Shown: positions 9,234-20,810 of the stretch, one piece after another | How positions within the stretch are numbered: the first letter of the stretch is position 1 | How the letters are laid out: each line of letters opens with the position of its first letter | Source: an uncultured Actinomycetes bacterium | GTDB lineage: Bacteria > Actinomycetota > Acidimicrobiia > Spongiisociales > DATADW01 | Assembly: GCA_963733905.1 (NCBI GenBank) | Contig: CAVTEU010000007.1 | Coordinates: 356,556-420,555 of the forward strand | Direction: 5' to 3' | Length of the DNA: 64,000 nucleotides | The notes under the pieces: model-generated | Told to the model about the DNA's origin: nothing | The model's database searches: none | The model's input: the letters and a program-made list of their open reading frames with translations, nothing else | Made by a program: the position numbers and the translations under genes

Positions 9234-10390
9234 TCACCTGGCGCGGAGCCTGGGGTTGACCACTTCGTCCATTGCCCGCCCCACCAGGAAGAATGCGAAG
9301 GCGAGCAGCGTCACCGCCAGCCCGGCGGGGAGCAGGAGCCACCAGTAGTCGGTGCCCGCCGAGCAGGTATCCCTGAGTGGCAGCGGTGTTGATCATGATC
9401 CCCCAGCTCATCGGGACGTTGAGCAGCCCGAGGAAGGAGAGGGTCGCTTCGAGCGAGATCGCCTCGGTGACCGTGAACATCATGTAGAGGAAGCTGAGCG
9501 GGAGGACGTTGGGGACGATGTGGCGGAAGATCACGTGCCAGTCACCGCCGCCGGCCACCCGGGCGGCATCGATGAAGGGCTTGACCCTCACCGAGAGCGC
9601 CTGCGACTTGAGCACGATGGCCGACACCCCCGAACCCGCCCAGGATCCCGATCAGCAGCCCGAGGAGCGGCAGGCTGATGGCGAACAGCGAGCGACACAC
9701 GATCAACACCGGGATCAGCGGGACGCACGAGGATGAAGTCGGCGAACCTCATCAGCGAGCGTGTCGACCCAGCCACCGAAGTGGGCGGCGACCGAACCGA
9801 CCGTGGTGGCGATGACCACGGTGACCACTGCGGCGACCGACCCGAGGAAGAAGGCTGCCCTGGCGCCGTACATCAGCTGGCGAGAGGATGTCGCGGCCCA
9901 GCGGGTCGGTCCCGAGGAAATGGGGATACTCACCGGTGAAGGTGGGCGGCGCCGGCTGGAGCGGGTACCTCGATCACGTCGCCGACCTCGACAAAGGGAG
10001 TGGTCTCCAGCCGGGCGGTTTGCACGTCGATCTCGGTGGTCGGGTCGGTGACCTCCTCGACCACGGTGAACTCTGTCACCACGGCGTCGTAGCCGGTTTG
10101 CGGGTCGTAGACCCGCGGGTCCCACACCGTGGCGATCAGGATCGGTTGCAGCACCGCCATCAGGGCGAAGATGGCGATGATGGCCAACCCGACGAAACCG
10201 ATCTTGTTCTCGGCGAACAGCGCCCAGTTGCGAGAGAGCGTCCGTCGCATCAGCCGGAGACGGACCCTCCAGAGCGGGACGGCGGTTACCGGGACGTCGG
10301 CGGCAATGACGTCGGGCTCGACGTCGCCGAGAGGAACCTCCACTACGGTTCTACGGGTGCGGCCGGGTCCTGCTTGGCCAGGTCGGTCAC
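9234..10390 (-). CDS. Oligopeptide ABC permease (DppC-like), several indels
   Basis: AGGAGG RBS before GTG 10390; fragments LMYGARAAFFLG, PFIDAARVAGG..HIVPNVLP; ends GRAMDEVVNPRLRAR. Confidence 0.8.
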
Positions 10391-10400
10391 GGCCACCTCC

Positions 10401-11564
10401 TCATGCGACGCGGATCCTCGGGTCGAGCAGCATGTAGACGATGTCGGCGATGAGATGCCCGACCAGTGCCAGGATCCCGATGATGCTCAGGGCGCCGATG
10501 GCCAGCGGGATGTCCTCGCGGAGCGATGCCTCGAGAAGCAGGCTCCCCACCCCCGGCCAGGAGAAGATGTACTCGGTGACGATCCCGCCGCCGATGACGA
10601 AGGCGAGGGCGAGCACCAGCGAGGTGGTGACCGGGAGCAGGGCGTTGCGGGCGGCATGTCTGTCACGAATCGTCCGACTCGGACAGCCCTTGGCCCGGGC
10701 GGTGAGGATGTAGTCCTCGCGCAGCGTCTCCAACATCGAGCTCCTGGTGAGCAGCATGGTCCCGGCGAAGGTGACCGCGGCGAGGGTGAGCACCGGTAGC
10801 ACGGTGTGGTGGGCGATGTCGCGGGCATATGTGGCCATCGGGGAGGTGAACCAGAAGATGGCAAACCCGGCCACGATCACCAAGAACCCGATGCGGCGGA
10901 TCGACCTTCCGACGGGCCGGGTCCGGGCTACTTCTGTACGCCAACCACACGATCAGCCCGTAGAGCGACGCTGGCGATCAGCACCGAGAGGATCATGACG
11001 CAGAAGACCTGGTTGGCCTGGAAAGGGGCGCCGTTCCATACCTCGGTCGTGATGAACCGGCCTATGGGGAACCATCCGAGTGATGAAGCCGAACAACCAG
11101 AGCATCATGATGGCGAACCACGGATAGAAGACCGTGTAGAGGAGGACCCCTCCAACGGTGATGGCGGTCTCGGTCCCCCGGCCACGCCGCCAGGCCACGA
11201 CCTTGCCCAGTGTGAACCCGAGCACGTAGGCGAGCGAGGGTGGCGCTGAGGAAGAGGACGATGGTCCGGGGCAATGCCGCCCAGAGGAGGTCCGAGACCT
11301 GTTGCGGGTAGCGGGTGAAGCTGAGCCCGAGGTCACCCTGGAAGAAGTTGCCGATATAGGTGATGTACTGCTCCCAGACCGACTTGTCGAGCCCCAAGCG
11401 CTCGGCGAGCTGCGCCCTGACCTCGGGTGGGATGCTCGGGATTGCCGATGAACTGGTCGGTGACGTCGCCCGGCTGCGCCTGGAGGAGAAAGAAAATGAA
11501 GGTCAGGATAGGCCAGGAAGAGCAGCGCGATCTGAATCAGTCGGCGGCCGATGAACTTCAGCAT
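10401..11564 (-). CDS. Oligopeptide ABC permease (DppB-like), several indels
   Basis: MLKFIGRRLIQ; GLDKSVWEQY..GDLGLSF; EDYILTARAKG..RNALLP..LDPRIR. Confidence 0.82.
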
Positions 11565-11669
11565 GGCGCCCTTGGCGATCCTTTCGGCAGACGGACCGGC
11601 CTTCGGTCAGCGTAGTCGTGGGGCGCTTTCTCTGCTCGCCGGAGCGCCCCCGGGATCGGGTGGGTGGAA

Positions 11670-11694
11670 TGGGGGGCGGTCGACCCGCCCCCCA
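11670..11694 (-). terminator. GC-rich hairpin downstream of the substrate-binding protein gene (terminator or mRNA-stabilising stem)
   Basis: TGGGGGGCGG-TCGAC-CCGCCCCCCA, perfect 10-bp stem; no clear U-tract. Confidence 0.55.
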
Positions 11695-11710
11695 AAGCCA
11701 CTCCGTTGTC

Positions 11711-13742
11711 TTACTGAGAGGCGGTCTGAACCGTGCCCTGCAGTCCGTTGAGGAACTGCAGACCGCTCAGTGTGTCCGTGAAGGGGTACAGAACCCGGTT
11801 GTTGTAGAACTCGAGGATGCCGGTGTCGAAGAGAACGATGTACGGCTTCTTCTCGGCGAGGATCTGCTCCATCTCCCAGATGATGTCGTACGCCTCTTCC
11901 TCGGTCTGAGCAGCATTGAGCTGCGTCGACCAGGGCCTCGAAGTCGGGGTCGTGGAACCCGGTGTTGTTGTTCCCGTCGTTGACAACCGTGAGGTTCCGG
12001 CTGGAGAAGAACGACTCGTGGAACGTCGGCAGCGCCGGGTTCCCGAGGCTCCACCCCAGGATGAACATGTCGAAGGTGAGCTCACCCTCATCGTTGGGCA
12101 CGTAGACCCGCTCGATGATGGTGTTGAACTCGGTCGGCTGGTTGTCGATCGGGATACCCAGCTGGGTGGCGACGCTCTCGATGTAGTTGCCGTAGTTCGC
12201 CCGCAGCGGGTCGTACGACGGCGTCGGCGAGATCAGCTCCAGCTCGTCGGACTCGGATTCCCGTTCGGGATCTTCATCCCGACGCCGGGGGTGATGGCGA
12301 GCGTCTCGGAGTCGACCGAAGGCTCGGTGTCCCAGGTGTATCCGGCGTCCTTGAGGATCTGGACCGCCTCGTTGAGACGGACGTCCGGGGTCTTGCCCTC
12401 GTACTGCGAGGCGATCTCGCTGGCTACTTCCTCGTTGTACCACTTGGTGTTCCCCTCGGGAACCTGCACGTACAGCGGGAAGGCCACGCCCTGGAGGACG
12501 CTGTTCGCCATGTACTCCTTGTCGATCATCACGGCCAGCGCATCGCGGAACGCCTGGTCGCTCATCGGCGCCCTGGTCAGGTTGAAGGCGAGGTACCGGT
12601 AGCCGTTCGTCGGGTTGACGACGGCGCTCAGGTCCTGATTGCCTTCGACCTGCTCCTGGAGACCACGCTGCATACCGAGCGGGTTGAGGAGGTAGTCCAC
12701 CTCACCGTCGGCCAGTGCCAGCACGGCGGCGTCCTGTGAGCCGTAGAACTGCAGCGTGGAGTCGGAGAGATACGGACCCTCGGTGTAGGTGGTCTCACCG
12801 CTGGTGACCTCCTGCCCCGCGCCGAAGTAGGTCTCGTTGGCCACGTTGCGGGCGAAGGCGCCCTCCTGACGGGTGTCGTAGACGATCGGGCCGGAGGCCG
12901 GGTCGCCGGCGCCCGAGGCTGCCTCGAGCGTCGCCAACGGATCCTCGCTGCCCGCTGCTTCCTCCACGACGTCCGCCCAGAAGTGCTGCGCCATGATCGG
13001 CATGTTGTGCGGGCCGTTGCCCAGACCCCACACCGAAACGCCCGGCTGCTGGTTCCAGGTGAATCTTGACGGTGTGGTCGTCCACCGCCTCGACCCCGGT
13101 TAGGCCTACCTGCGCCGACTCGTCGACCTCGGTCTCGGGGTCATCCTCTTGAGCCGCCCGGACATATTCGATCCAGTTGCCGCCTGAGGTTGAAGTCGCG
13201 GGCCGTGTGTCCAGGTGAAGACGTAGTCCTCGGCGGTGATGGGCTCACCGTCGCTCCACGCGGCGTCATTCCTTCATCGGGATCTCGGCCACCCAGGCGT
13301 CACCTTCCTGCGTCACCGCAGGGACCTCGTCGACGGCTGCAATGTCGGGAATGACCTCGAAGCCAGGAGCGGCGAGTCCGAACAGCCCGTCGTGGGTGTC
13401 GTCGAGCAGGTAGGAGTTCCACACGGTGGCGCCGCCGGTGTCGAGCAGCGTCCAGTAGTTGTCAGTGGTTACGTCGGCGAAGATCCCCATCGTGTAGGAG
13501 AAGCCCTCAGCCGACGGCGCTGCGGTCGTGTCCGTGCCGCCTGCCGCGGTGGTACCCGTGGCTCCGGCGGTGGTGTCAGTCCCACCCGCAGCTGTGGTGT
13601 CAGTTCCGCCCGCAGCCGTCGTGGCGGCGCCGCCGTCGGTGGTTGTGTCGGTAGTGCCCCCTTGGCAGGCGGCAGCTACCAGCGCAAACACCGCGACCAG
13701 CGCCAACCAGCGCCAGGACGCGAGCTTTTCACGCGTGCTCAT
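11711..13742 (-). CDS. Peptide ABC substrate-binding lipoprotein (family 5), several indels
   Basis: Lipobox VAAAC, Thr/Ala/Gly linker, WSDGEPITAEDY, YLAFNL..FRDALA, AYDIIWEMEQIL. Confidence 0.85.
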
Positions 13743-13872
13743 CAGTCGAGTCCTCCAATCGGTCCCACTTCCCATTCACTCTCCAAACCCGGGTGGTCCG
13801 CGCCACCCAGGCGAGTGTCACCGACATTACCGGAGGGGGCGTCGCTTGTGCAACGCGAAGCGGGGTTGTTTG

Positions 13873-13946
13873 TCGGGCCGGCCGGATTTGAACCGGCGAC
13901 CCCCAGTCCCCCAGACTGGTGCGCTACCAAGCTGCGCCACGGCCCG
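13873..13946 (-). tRNA. tRNA-Pro (GGG)
   Basis: Reverse complement CGGGCCG TGGCGCAGCTTGGTAGCGC A CCAGT CTGGGGG ACTGG GGGTC GCCGG TTCAAAT CCGGC CGGCCCG A; CCA not encoded. Confidence 0.95.
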
Positions 13947-13979
13947 CCGCGGCAATCGTAGACACGTGTCGGGCAGACC

Positions 13980-14138
13980 TCACCCTGCCAGCCAGTGAAT
14001 CAGCGCCTGAATGCCTTGGATCAGGCGCCATCCCAGATAGACGACGGCAGCCACGATGAGCAGCCAGAGGTGCCATGGGAGCCTGCCATCGTCTTCGGGG
14101 GGTTGCTGGTCGGGCTCGAGCGGGCTGCTAGGCCCCAT
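13980..14138 (-). CDS. Small single-TM membrane protein (52 aa)
   Basis: Hand translation MGPSSPLEPDQQPPEDDGRLPWHLWLLIVAAVVYLGWRLIQGIQALIHWLAG; start overlaps the der stop; absent from the ORF track. Confidence 0.65.
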   Translation of the reverse strand: MGPSSPLEPDQQPPEDDGRLPWHLWLLIVAAVVYLGWRLIQGIQALIHWLAG

Positions 14139-15471
14139 AGCGGCCGTCATCCCGTCTGGCGGTCCCCACCCGTCTCCGGCCCACCACTCTCACCGGTGTG
14201 CCGGTCAGGTCGATCTCCCTGCGCAGCCGGTTCTCCAGGAAGCGGATGTAGTCGGTGGGCAGCTCGCCTCCGGAAACGAAGAGGAGGACGGTCGGGGGAC
14301 GCACCCCAGCCTGCGTCGCATAGAGGATCTTCGCTCTCCTCCCCTGCCTGATCGGTGGAGGGTGCTCCTCCTGCCACGAGCGGACCAGCCGATTCAGCGG
14401 TCCGGTCGGCACCCTGGTCTCCCGATTGAGCCGGGCAGTCTCCACCGCAGCGGGGAGACGCTGGAGCCGGGCTCCGGTTCGCGCCGAGCCGCGCAACAGC
14501 GGTGCCCATGCGACGAACCCGAGACGCTCCCCCACCCCTCTCTCGGTCATCTGGCGTTCCTCCGGGTCGGCTGCGTCCCACTTGTTGAGGAGCACCACCA
14601 ACCCGGCGCCCGCCTCGACCACCTCCTCGGCCACTCTCTGATCCTGGGAGGTCACTCCTTCGACGGCATCAACCAGCAGCACGGCGACGTCGGACTCGGC
14701 CAGCGCCTTGCGTGCCCGGAGCACCGCATAGTGGTCGGCGCTCTCTGCGATCCGCGCCTGGCGCCGGATCCCCGCCGTGTCCACGACCCGGTATGGGACG
14801 CCGTCCAAATCGACGACGGCGTCGATCGGATCGCGGGTCGTCCCGGGCCGGGGCGACACCAGGACCCGCTCGGTGCCGGCCAGGCGGTTGAGAAGCGTCG
14901 ACTTTCCGACATTGGGTCGCCCCACGATCGCCAGCGAAGGCGTGCCGTCCTTTTCCAGCGCCGCCGGCCCCTCGGGGAGTGCGGCTACGAGGGCGTCGAG
15001 CAGCTCGCCCGTCCCCCGCCCGTGGAGTGCGCTCACCGGATACGGCTGACCGACGCCGAGGCTCCAGAGGTGGTGGACGTCGGCCTCCCTGGCGGCGTCA
15101 TCCACCTTGTTGGCCACGAGAAGCACGGGTGTGCCGGAGTTCTGGAGGAGCCGGGCAACCCCGGCATCGTCGGGCGAGATCCCGGTGGTGGCATCGACCA
15201 CGAAGAGAACCGCGTCGGCTGCCCGGACCGCAGCCTCTGCCTGTTGCCCGATCGCCACCACCAGGTCCTCGGTCGGGTCGACCTCCCACCCGCCGGTGTC
15301 GACCAAGAGAAAACCGTGACCCGCCCACTCGGCGGCGAACTCGCGGCGGTCACGGGTCACACCCGGCATCTCCTCGGTCACGGCGGAGCGCGAACCGATG
15401 ATCCGGTTGACCAGCGTCGATTTCCCCACGTTGGGCCGACCGACCACAGCTACGACGGGCACAGAGGTCAT
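14128..15471 (-). CDS. der: Ribosome biogenesis GTPase Der
   Basis: Two tandem GRPNVGKS / DTxG / NKxD GTPase domains plus KH-like tail. Confidence 0.96.
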   Translation of the reverse strand: MTSVPVVAVVGRPNVGKSTLVNRIIGSRSAVTEEMPGVTRDRREFAAEWAGHGFLLVDTGGWEVDPTEDLVVAIGQQAEAAVRAADAVLFVVDATTGISPDDAGVARLLQNSGTPVLLVANKVDDAAREADVHHLWSLGVGQPYPVSALHGRGTGELLDALVAALPEGPAALEKDGTPSLAIVGRPNVGKSTLLNRLAGTERVLVSPRPGTTRDPIDAVVDLDGVPYRVVDTAGIRRQARIAESADHYAVLRARKALAESDVAVLLVDAVEGVTSQDQRVAEEVVEAGAGLVVLLNKWDAADPEERQMTERGVGERLGFVAWAPLLRGSARTGARLQRLPAAVETARLNRETRVPTGPLNRLVRSWQEEHPPPIRQGRRAKILYATQAGVRPPTVLLFVSGGELPTDYIRFLENRLRREIDLTGTPVRVVGRRRVGTARRDDGRYGA

Positions 15472-15510
15472 GAGAGCCACAGTCAACACAGCCGGCGGGC
15501 CTCGACCGTT

Positions 15511-15584
15511 GCACGAACCCGTTTGGCACGAACCCGTTTTGGCGTCAGAAAACGCGGTCATGGGACGCGGGGTGACGCCAAAAC
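15511..15584. repeat. REP-like palindrome with a 14-bp direct duplication
   Basis: GCACGAACCCGTTT x2, then perfect inverted repeat GTTTTGGCGTCA (15536-47) / TGACGCCAAAAC (15573-84). Confidence 0.7.
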
Positions 15585-15618
15585 CGGTTGGGCGCCGTTG
15601 TTCCTACCATTCTGGCGA

Positions 15619-16669
15619 ATGGTTGACCGTGTACTGCTAGCCGAGCCGCGCGGGTTCTGCGCCGGTGTCGAGATGGCGATCAAGGCCCTCACCTGGATGG
15701 TTCGGGTCTTCGAGCCGCCCGTCTACTGCTACCACCAGATCGTCCACAACCAGTGGGTGGTGGAGGCCTTCGAGCGGGCCGGCGTCGTCTTCGTCGACGA
15801 CATCAGCGAGGTTCCGAAAGGGGCGCCGGTGATGCTCTCGGCCCACGGGTCGGCGCCCCAGGTGGTGGCCGGGGCCAAGGACCGGGCCGGGGTCGTGGTC
15901 GATGCGGTGTGCCCACTGGTCACCAAGGTGCACCACGAGGTGCGGCGGATGGCCGACCAGGGATACGAGATCATCTACATCGGCCACGAGGGTCACGACG
16001 AGGCGGTGGGGACCATGGCTGAGGCGCCCCAACGCCATGACGCTGGTCGATCCGGAGCGCGGGCTCGGGTCGTTCGATCCGGGCGACCCGTCGCGGGTGG
16101 CGCTGCTGGCGCAGACGACCCTTGGTGTACACGAATGGCGCTCGGTGATGGACAACGCCTCGGAGCGGTTCCCCGATCTCTGGACGGCCCGGCGCGGCGA
16201 TCTCTGTTACGCCACCACCAACCGCCAGGACGCGGTCCTCGAGCTCGCCCAGCAGTGCGACCTGATCCTGGTGGTGGGCTCGGAGACATCGTCCAACACC
16301 CTGGCGCTGGTCAGGGTGGCGGACGAGCAGGGTGTCGCCGCCCACCGCATCGACAACGCGGGGCAGATCGAGGAATCCTGGCTGGAGGGGGTTGGCACCG
16401 TGGGTGTCACCGCCGGCGCATCCGCCCCCGACCATCTGGTGGCGGAGGTGGTGGAGCGCCTCGCCCCCAGCCGCGGGGTGGAGTTGCTCCACGTCACCGG
16501 AGAGGACGAGTACTTCCCGTTGCCTCCCGCGCTGCGATCGATGATCTCGACGGTTCAGGCGCTGGTGGAGGCCGGGTACACCGCGCGCCGCCCCGGCGAA
16601 GCTGGCCTGTTGGAGAAGGACCGAACCTGGGGAGCTACCGAAGCCTTGGACGTCGTGGGTAGCAGCTAG
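15619..16669 (+). CDS. ispH: 4-hydroxy-3-methylbut-2-enyl diphosphate reductase, indel near 16030
   Basis: PRGFCAGV, IVHN, SAHG, DAVCPLV, GHDE, QTT, CYATTNRQ, SSN, TAGASAP. Confidence 0.95.
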
Positions 16670-16686
16670 TCAACTTGGGTTTCGGT

Positions 16687-16714
16687 AACCCAGAACCCAG
16701 AACCCAGAACCCAA
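16687..16714. repeat. Heptamer array AACCCAG x4
   Basis: aacccag aacccag aacccag aacccaa between convergent genes. Confidence 0.9.
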
Positions 16715-16724
16715 GACCCTTCCC

Positions 16725-17412
16725 CTACTCCTCCCACACCGCAAGGTATGCCGCGAACCGGCCATCGATCGAAACCGGATCGACCGGGTCGCGTACCGCC
16801 TCGATCGGCTCGCAGTCGATACCACCTTCGAGCGTCGCCAGTGCGACCACCGTTCGGGATACCCCGTCGACCGCCATGATCGTGGGCTCGATCTCGTTGA
16901 TCTCGGTCTCCCGTGCGGTCACGGTGCACTCGCCCTCGTTTGCGACGAACGTGGAGCGACCGAGCACGAACGTCGCTTCGGCGGGGCGCTCGAACTCCGG
17001 TTCCTGCTCGCGGCCCGCCCAGTTCCGAACCGTCATCAGCAACCGGTCGTCCCCGGAGCGGAACTCCACCGACAGGCCCCCGCCATCGGGGGCATCCATC
17101 ATCTCGACGGTGTGGAGCACGAACTCCCCCTCCACGCCGCCGTGGGCGGTGAGCACCGCACCCGGTTTCTCGCCGAGCACGAAGACGTCTGCGGTCGTCT
17201 CGGTCATGACATGAGCGGTGGTGGAAGATGCGGCGGAGACGGCGGTGGTCGGTGACGATGGCTCGAGGCCCGGTGCCGCTACCGGCGCCGGCGGCGGAGG
17301 GGCGAGGATCAACGCCCCCAGACCCCAGCACACCAAGGATCAAACCGACGAAGACGGCGCCGAGGACCACCAGGCCCCTCCGCCCCGGATCGAGGAGAGA
17401 ACGGCCGGGCAT
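16725..17412 (-). CDS. Hypothetical membrane-anchored protein (paralog of 3276-3800), indel near 17320
   Basis: MPGRSLLDPGRRGLVVLGAVFVGLILGVL joined to ORF 16725..17336; Pro/Thr linker and beta-rich domain with two Cys. Confidence 0.65.
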
Positions 17413-17496
17413 GACCGCGATGTTACCGCCGGGCGGTTCGTTGGAAGCGGCCAAGCCGGAGCCAGACCCAGAGCCAAGCCACTGTCACGATCAGCC

Positions 17497-18166
17497 TCAA
17501 GTCGTGCCTCGAGGAGCGGCCAACCGGACCATGTCGACGATCCGCTCGACCACCTGGTTGACGTCCATGTCACTCGTGTCGATCTCGACGGCACCGGCGG
17601 CGGGGCGCAAGGGAGAGATCTCCCGGGTCGAGTCGAATCGGTCGCGCCGCGCCAACTCGGCCGCCACCATGGACTGCTCGCCGGCGACCGATCCTTCGGC
17701 GGAACGGCGACTTGCCCGGACTTCGGGCCGGGCGGTGAGGAACACCTTGACCGGGGCGTCGGGGAAGACGACGGTGCCGATGTCCCTCCCCTCGACCACC
17801 GCCGAGCCGCTGTGGTCGGCCACCCAGCGCCGCTGCCGATCCACCATGATCCGCCGGACCTCGGGGTTGGCCGACACCCTGCTCACCGCAGCGGTGACCC
17901 ACTCGCCTCTTATCTCCTCACTCACATCGTCACCGTCGAGCAGCGTCCGGCCGTCGTCGAACTCGATGTCGGTCGGTGAGAGCGCCGCCGCCAGGCCGGG
18001 GCCATCTCCAAGCTCGATCTCACGCCGCAACGCCACGCAGGGTCGCCGCCCGGTAGAAGGCGCCGGTGTCGAGGTGGGGCAGCCCGAGCCGGCGCCCGGT
18101 CTCTCGGCTCACGGTCGACTTTCCCGAACCGCCCGGCCCGTCGATGGCGACGATCAACTCTTCCAT
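17497..18166 (-). CDS. cmk: Cytidylate kinase, indel near 18040
   Basis: [55 protein letters not shown]. Confidence 0.93.
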
Positions 18167-19450
18167 CGAGCAATCTCAGCGAAGAAGCCCGGCCATGTCT
18201 TGGTCACACACCCCGGGTCGTCGATCACCACGCCTGGGACCGCCAGCCCGGCAATGGCGAATGCCATCGCCATCCTGTGGTCGTCGTAGGTACGGACCAG
18301 GGCACCGTGGAGCGGTGCCGGCTCGACCGTGAGCGTGTCCGGGCCGGCCGATGCCCCGGCGCCGATCCGCCGCAACTCGGTCTCGAGCGCCGCCAGCCGA
18401 TCGGTCTCCTTGATCCGGAGTGTGCCCGCGCCCCGGATCGTGCTCGGCCGATCGGCGAAGGCGGCGACGACCGCGAGCGCCAGCACCGCGTCCGGCATCT
18501 CCGTCATGTCCACGTCCACGCCGCGCAACTCTCCAGGAGCCGGGCCGCGCACCTCGATCGTGGCGTCGGCGCAGATGACCTCGCACCCCATGGCCTCGAG
18601 CACACCGAGCAGCCCGAGGTCTGCCTGGGTCGAACCTGGGGGTATCCCCTCTACCCGCACCACGCCCCCGGTGACCGCCGCAGCGGCGAAGGGGTAGGCA
18701 GCCGCCGAGGCGTCTGCCTCGATGGAGTAGTCGGTGCCCCGGTATCCCCCCGGCTCGACCCGCACCCTCGCCTCCCCCGCCCAGCGAGCCGTTGCGCCGA
18801 AGCTGGTCATCACCTCGAGCGTGGTGCCGAGGTACGGCTTGGAGACGATCACGTCGTCGACGAAGCCGAGGGTCAACCCTGTCCGCGAATACGGGGCGAC
18901 CATGAGGACCGCCGAGGCGAACTGCGAAGACCGTCGGGCGTCGATGGTCACCTCGCCGCCCTCCACTCCGCCGCCATCCGACCCGGACCGGGGGGAAGCC
19001 CTCGTTCAGCGGCGTCTCGATCTCGCCGCCCATCGCCCGTCAGAGCCGCCACGAGATCGCCGATGGGTCGCTCCCTCATCCGGGGCGTGCCGTCGATGGT
19101 CGAGGGCCCGTCGGCGAGGGTCGCCGCCGCGGTGATGAACCTCGCCGTTGTCCCCGAGGCGGCGGCGTCGAGTGTGGCCGCCGGTCCGGTGAGCCGCGCC
19201 ATCCACCCCCTCCACCCGCCACGGGTCCTCGCTCGTCGAAGATCTCCACACCCAGGGCCTGGAGACAGCGGCGCATGGCATCGGTGTCGTCGCTTCTCAG
19301 CGGTCCCGACAGCCGCGATGTGCCGGCGGCCAGTGCCGCCACCAACAACGCCCTGTTGGTGATGCTCTTCGACCCGGGTGGGCGGACCGTGACGTCGAGG
19401 GCGACCTGGAGCGGTTCGATCTCCAGTTGCGCCGGGAAGGAGGAGGTCAC
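18154..19450 (-). CDS. aroA: 3-phosphoshikimate 1-carboxyvinyltransferase, indels
   Basis: [51 protein letters not shown]. Confidence 0.93.
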
Positions 19451-20231
19451 GGTGCCCGTGGGTGTAGCAGACCTGGGCGATGGGCAGCTTCGTAGAGGAG
19501 CCGGACCTCACCCGGGGTGAGCGTCCGCCACTCGCCGCGGCGCAGCCCCGGGTCGGTGATCGGGCCCGACGGCAGTGCGAAACAGCGAGAGCACCCTGTG
19601 CCCGACCGCATCGAGCATGCGGCGGACCTCGCGTTTGCGCCCCTCCCCCATGGTCAGCTCGAGATGTGATCGACCACCGCTCGAGCCGAGGAGCCGGGCC
19701 GAGATCGCCGCCGCCGGCCCGTCATCCAGTTCGACGCCTTGCTCCAGCCGCTGGAGGGTCGCTGCGTCGGGGCGGCCATCCACCATCAGGTTGTAGGTCT
19801 TGGTGATCCCGTATCGGGGATGGGTGACCAGGTTGGCCAACTCACCGTCGTTGGTGAGCAGCAGCAGCCCCTCCGTGTCGGCGTCGAGCCTTCCCACCGG
19901 GAACACCTTGGGGTCGGGGGGGACGATGTCGACCACGGTTGGTCGGCCCTGGGGATCGGCGCTGGTGCTGACCACGCCGGCCGGCTTGTTGAGCAAATAG
20001 GTGACGAGCCCGGGTCTGACCGGGAGGGGCACACCATCCACCGTCACTGCAGCCGTCTCCGGGTCGGCGCGGTCGCCAAGACGGGCGGTCCGGCCATCTA
20101 CATCGACCCGCCCCTCCCGGATCCACTCTTCTGCGGCGCGGCGCGAGGCGATGCCCGAGGCGGCAATTACCTTTTGGAGCCGAGGCGGCTCGGGCGCTTC
20201 TGGAGCCGGGCGGCTCTGGCCCGTTGGGCAC
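19447..20231 (-). CDS. rRNA pseudouridine synthase (RluB/RsuA family), indels
   Basis: S4 [18 protein letters not shown]; LNKPAG; [18 protein letters not shown]; [10 protein letters not shown]. Confidence 0.9.
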
Positions 20232-20233
20232 CG

Positions 20234-20810
20234 TCACACCTCGGAGCGGAAAGTCTCCTCGAGCCGATCGACCACGTCGGCCGGGGGAACATGGTCCGCC
20301 AAGGGAGGAAGCTCGTCGAGCGAGCGCATGCCGAGCTTCTCTAGGAACGTGGGAGTGGTCCGGTATACCGCTGGGCTCCCTGGTAGCGGCAGACGTCCCG
20401 CTTCCTCGATGAGCCCGTGACGTTCCAAGGTCCGCAGCGCCGACTCGGAGTCCACTCCCCGGATGTGGGTGATCTGGGCGCGGGTCACCGGCTGGCGGTA
20501 TGCGACCACTGCCAGGACCTCGAGCGCCGCCGGCGACAACCGGGTGGCAGAGGCACGCGAGAAGCGTTCCAGATGGGGAGCTGCCCCTGGTCTGGTGTAG
20601 ATCCGCCACCCCCGGCCCACCCGTCGCAGCTCGATGCCGTGGCCGTCGAGCCTGCTGGGCGACCCGCTCGAGCTCCACCTCGATCGTCTGTCGGGGCACC
20701 TCGAGCACCTCGGCCAGTTCCTCCACCGTCAGCGGCTCTTCAGCGACGAACAGGATCGCCTCCACCTGCGCCGCGGTGTCGAGCGTCTCCTCGCCCATGA
20801 GCCCGTTCAC
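20234..20810 (-). CDS. scpB: SMC-Scp complex subunit ScpB, indel near 20650
   Basis: VEAILFVAEEPL; LSPAALEVLAVVAYRQPVTRAQI..RGVDS; YRTTPTFL..LDELPPL. Confidence 0.92.

Noticed and set aside
13520-13660. Tandem TTAAGGTD protein repeats
   Set aside because: Ordinary flexible linker of a substrate-binding lipoprotein
8170-13742. ABC operon as a decaying pseudogene cluster or programmed frameshifting
   Set aside because: Motifs are intact, no consistent slippery sites were seen, and the same indel pattern affects essential genes
13873-13946. tRNA-Pro as the integration site of an island carrying the ABC operon
   Set aside because: No integrase and no duplicated tRNA 3' end noticed; composition looks like the backbone
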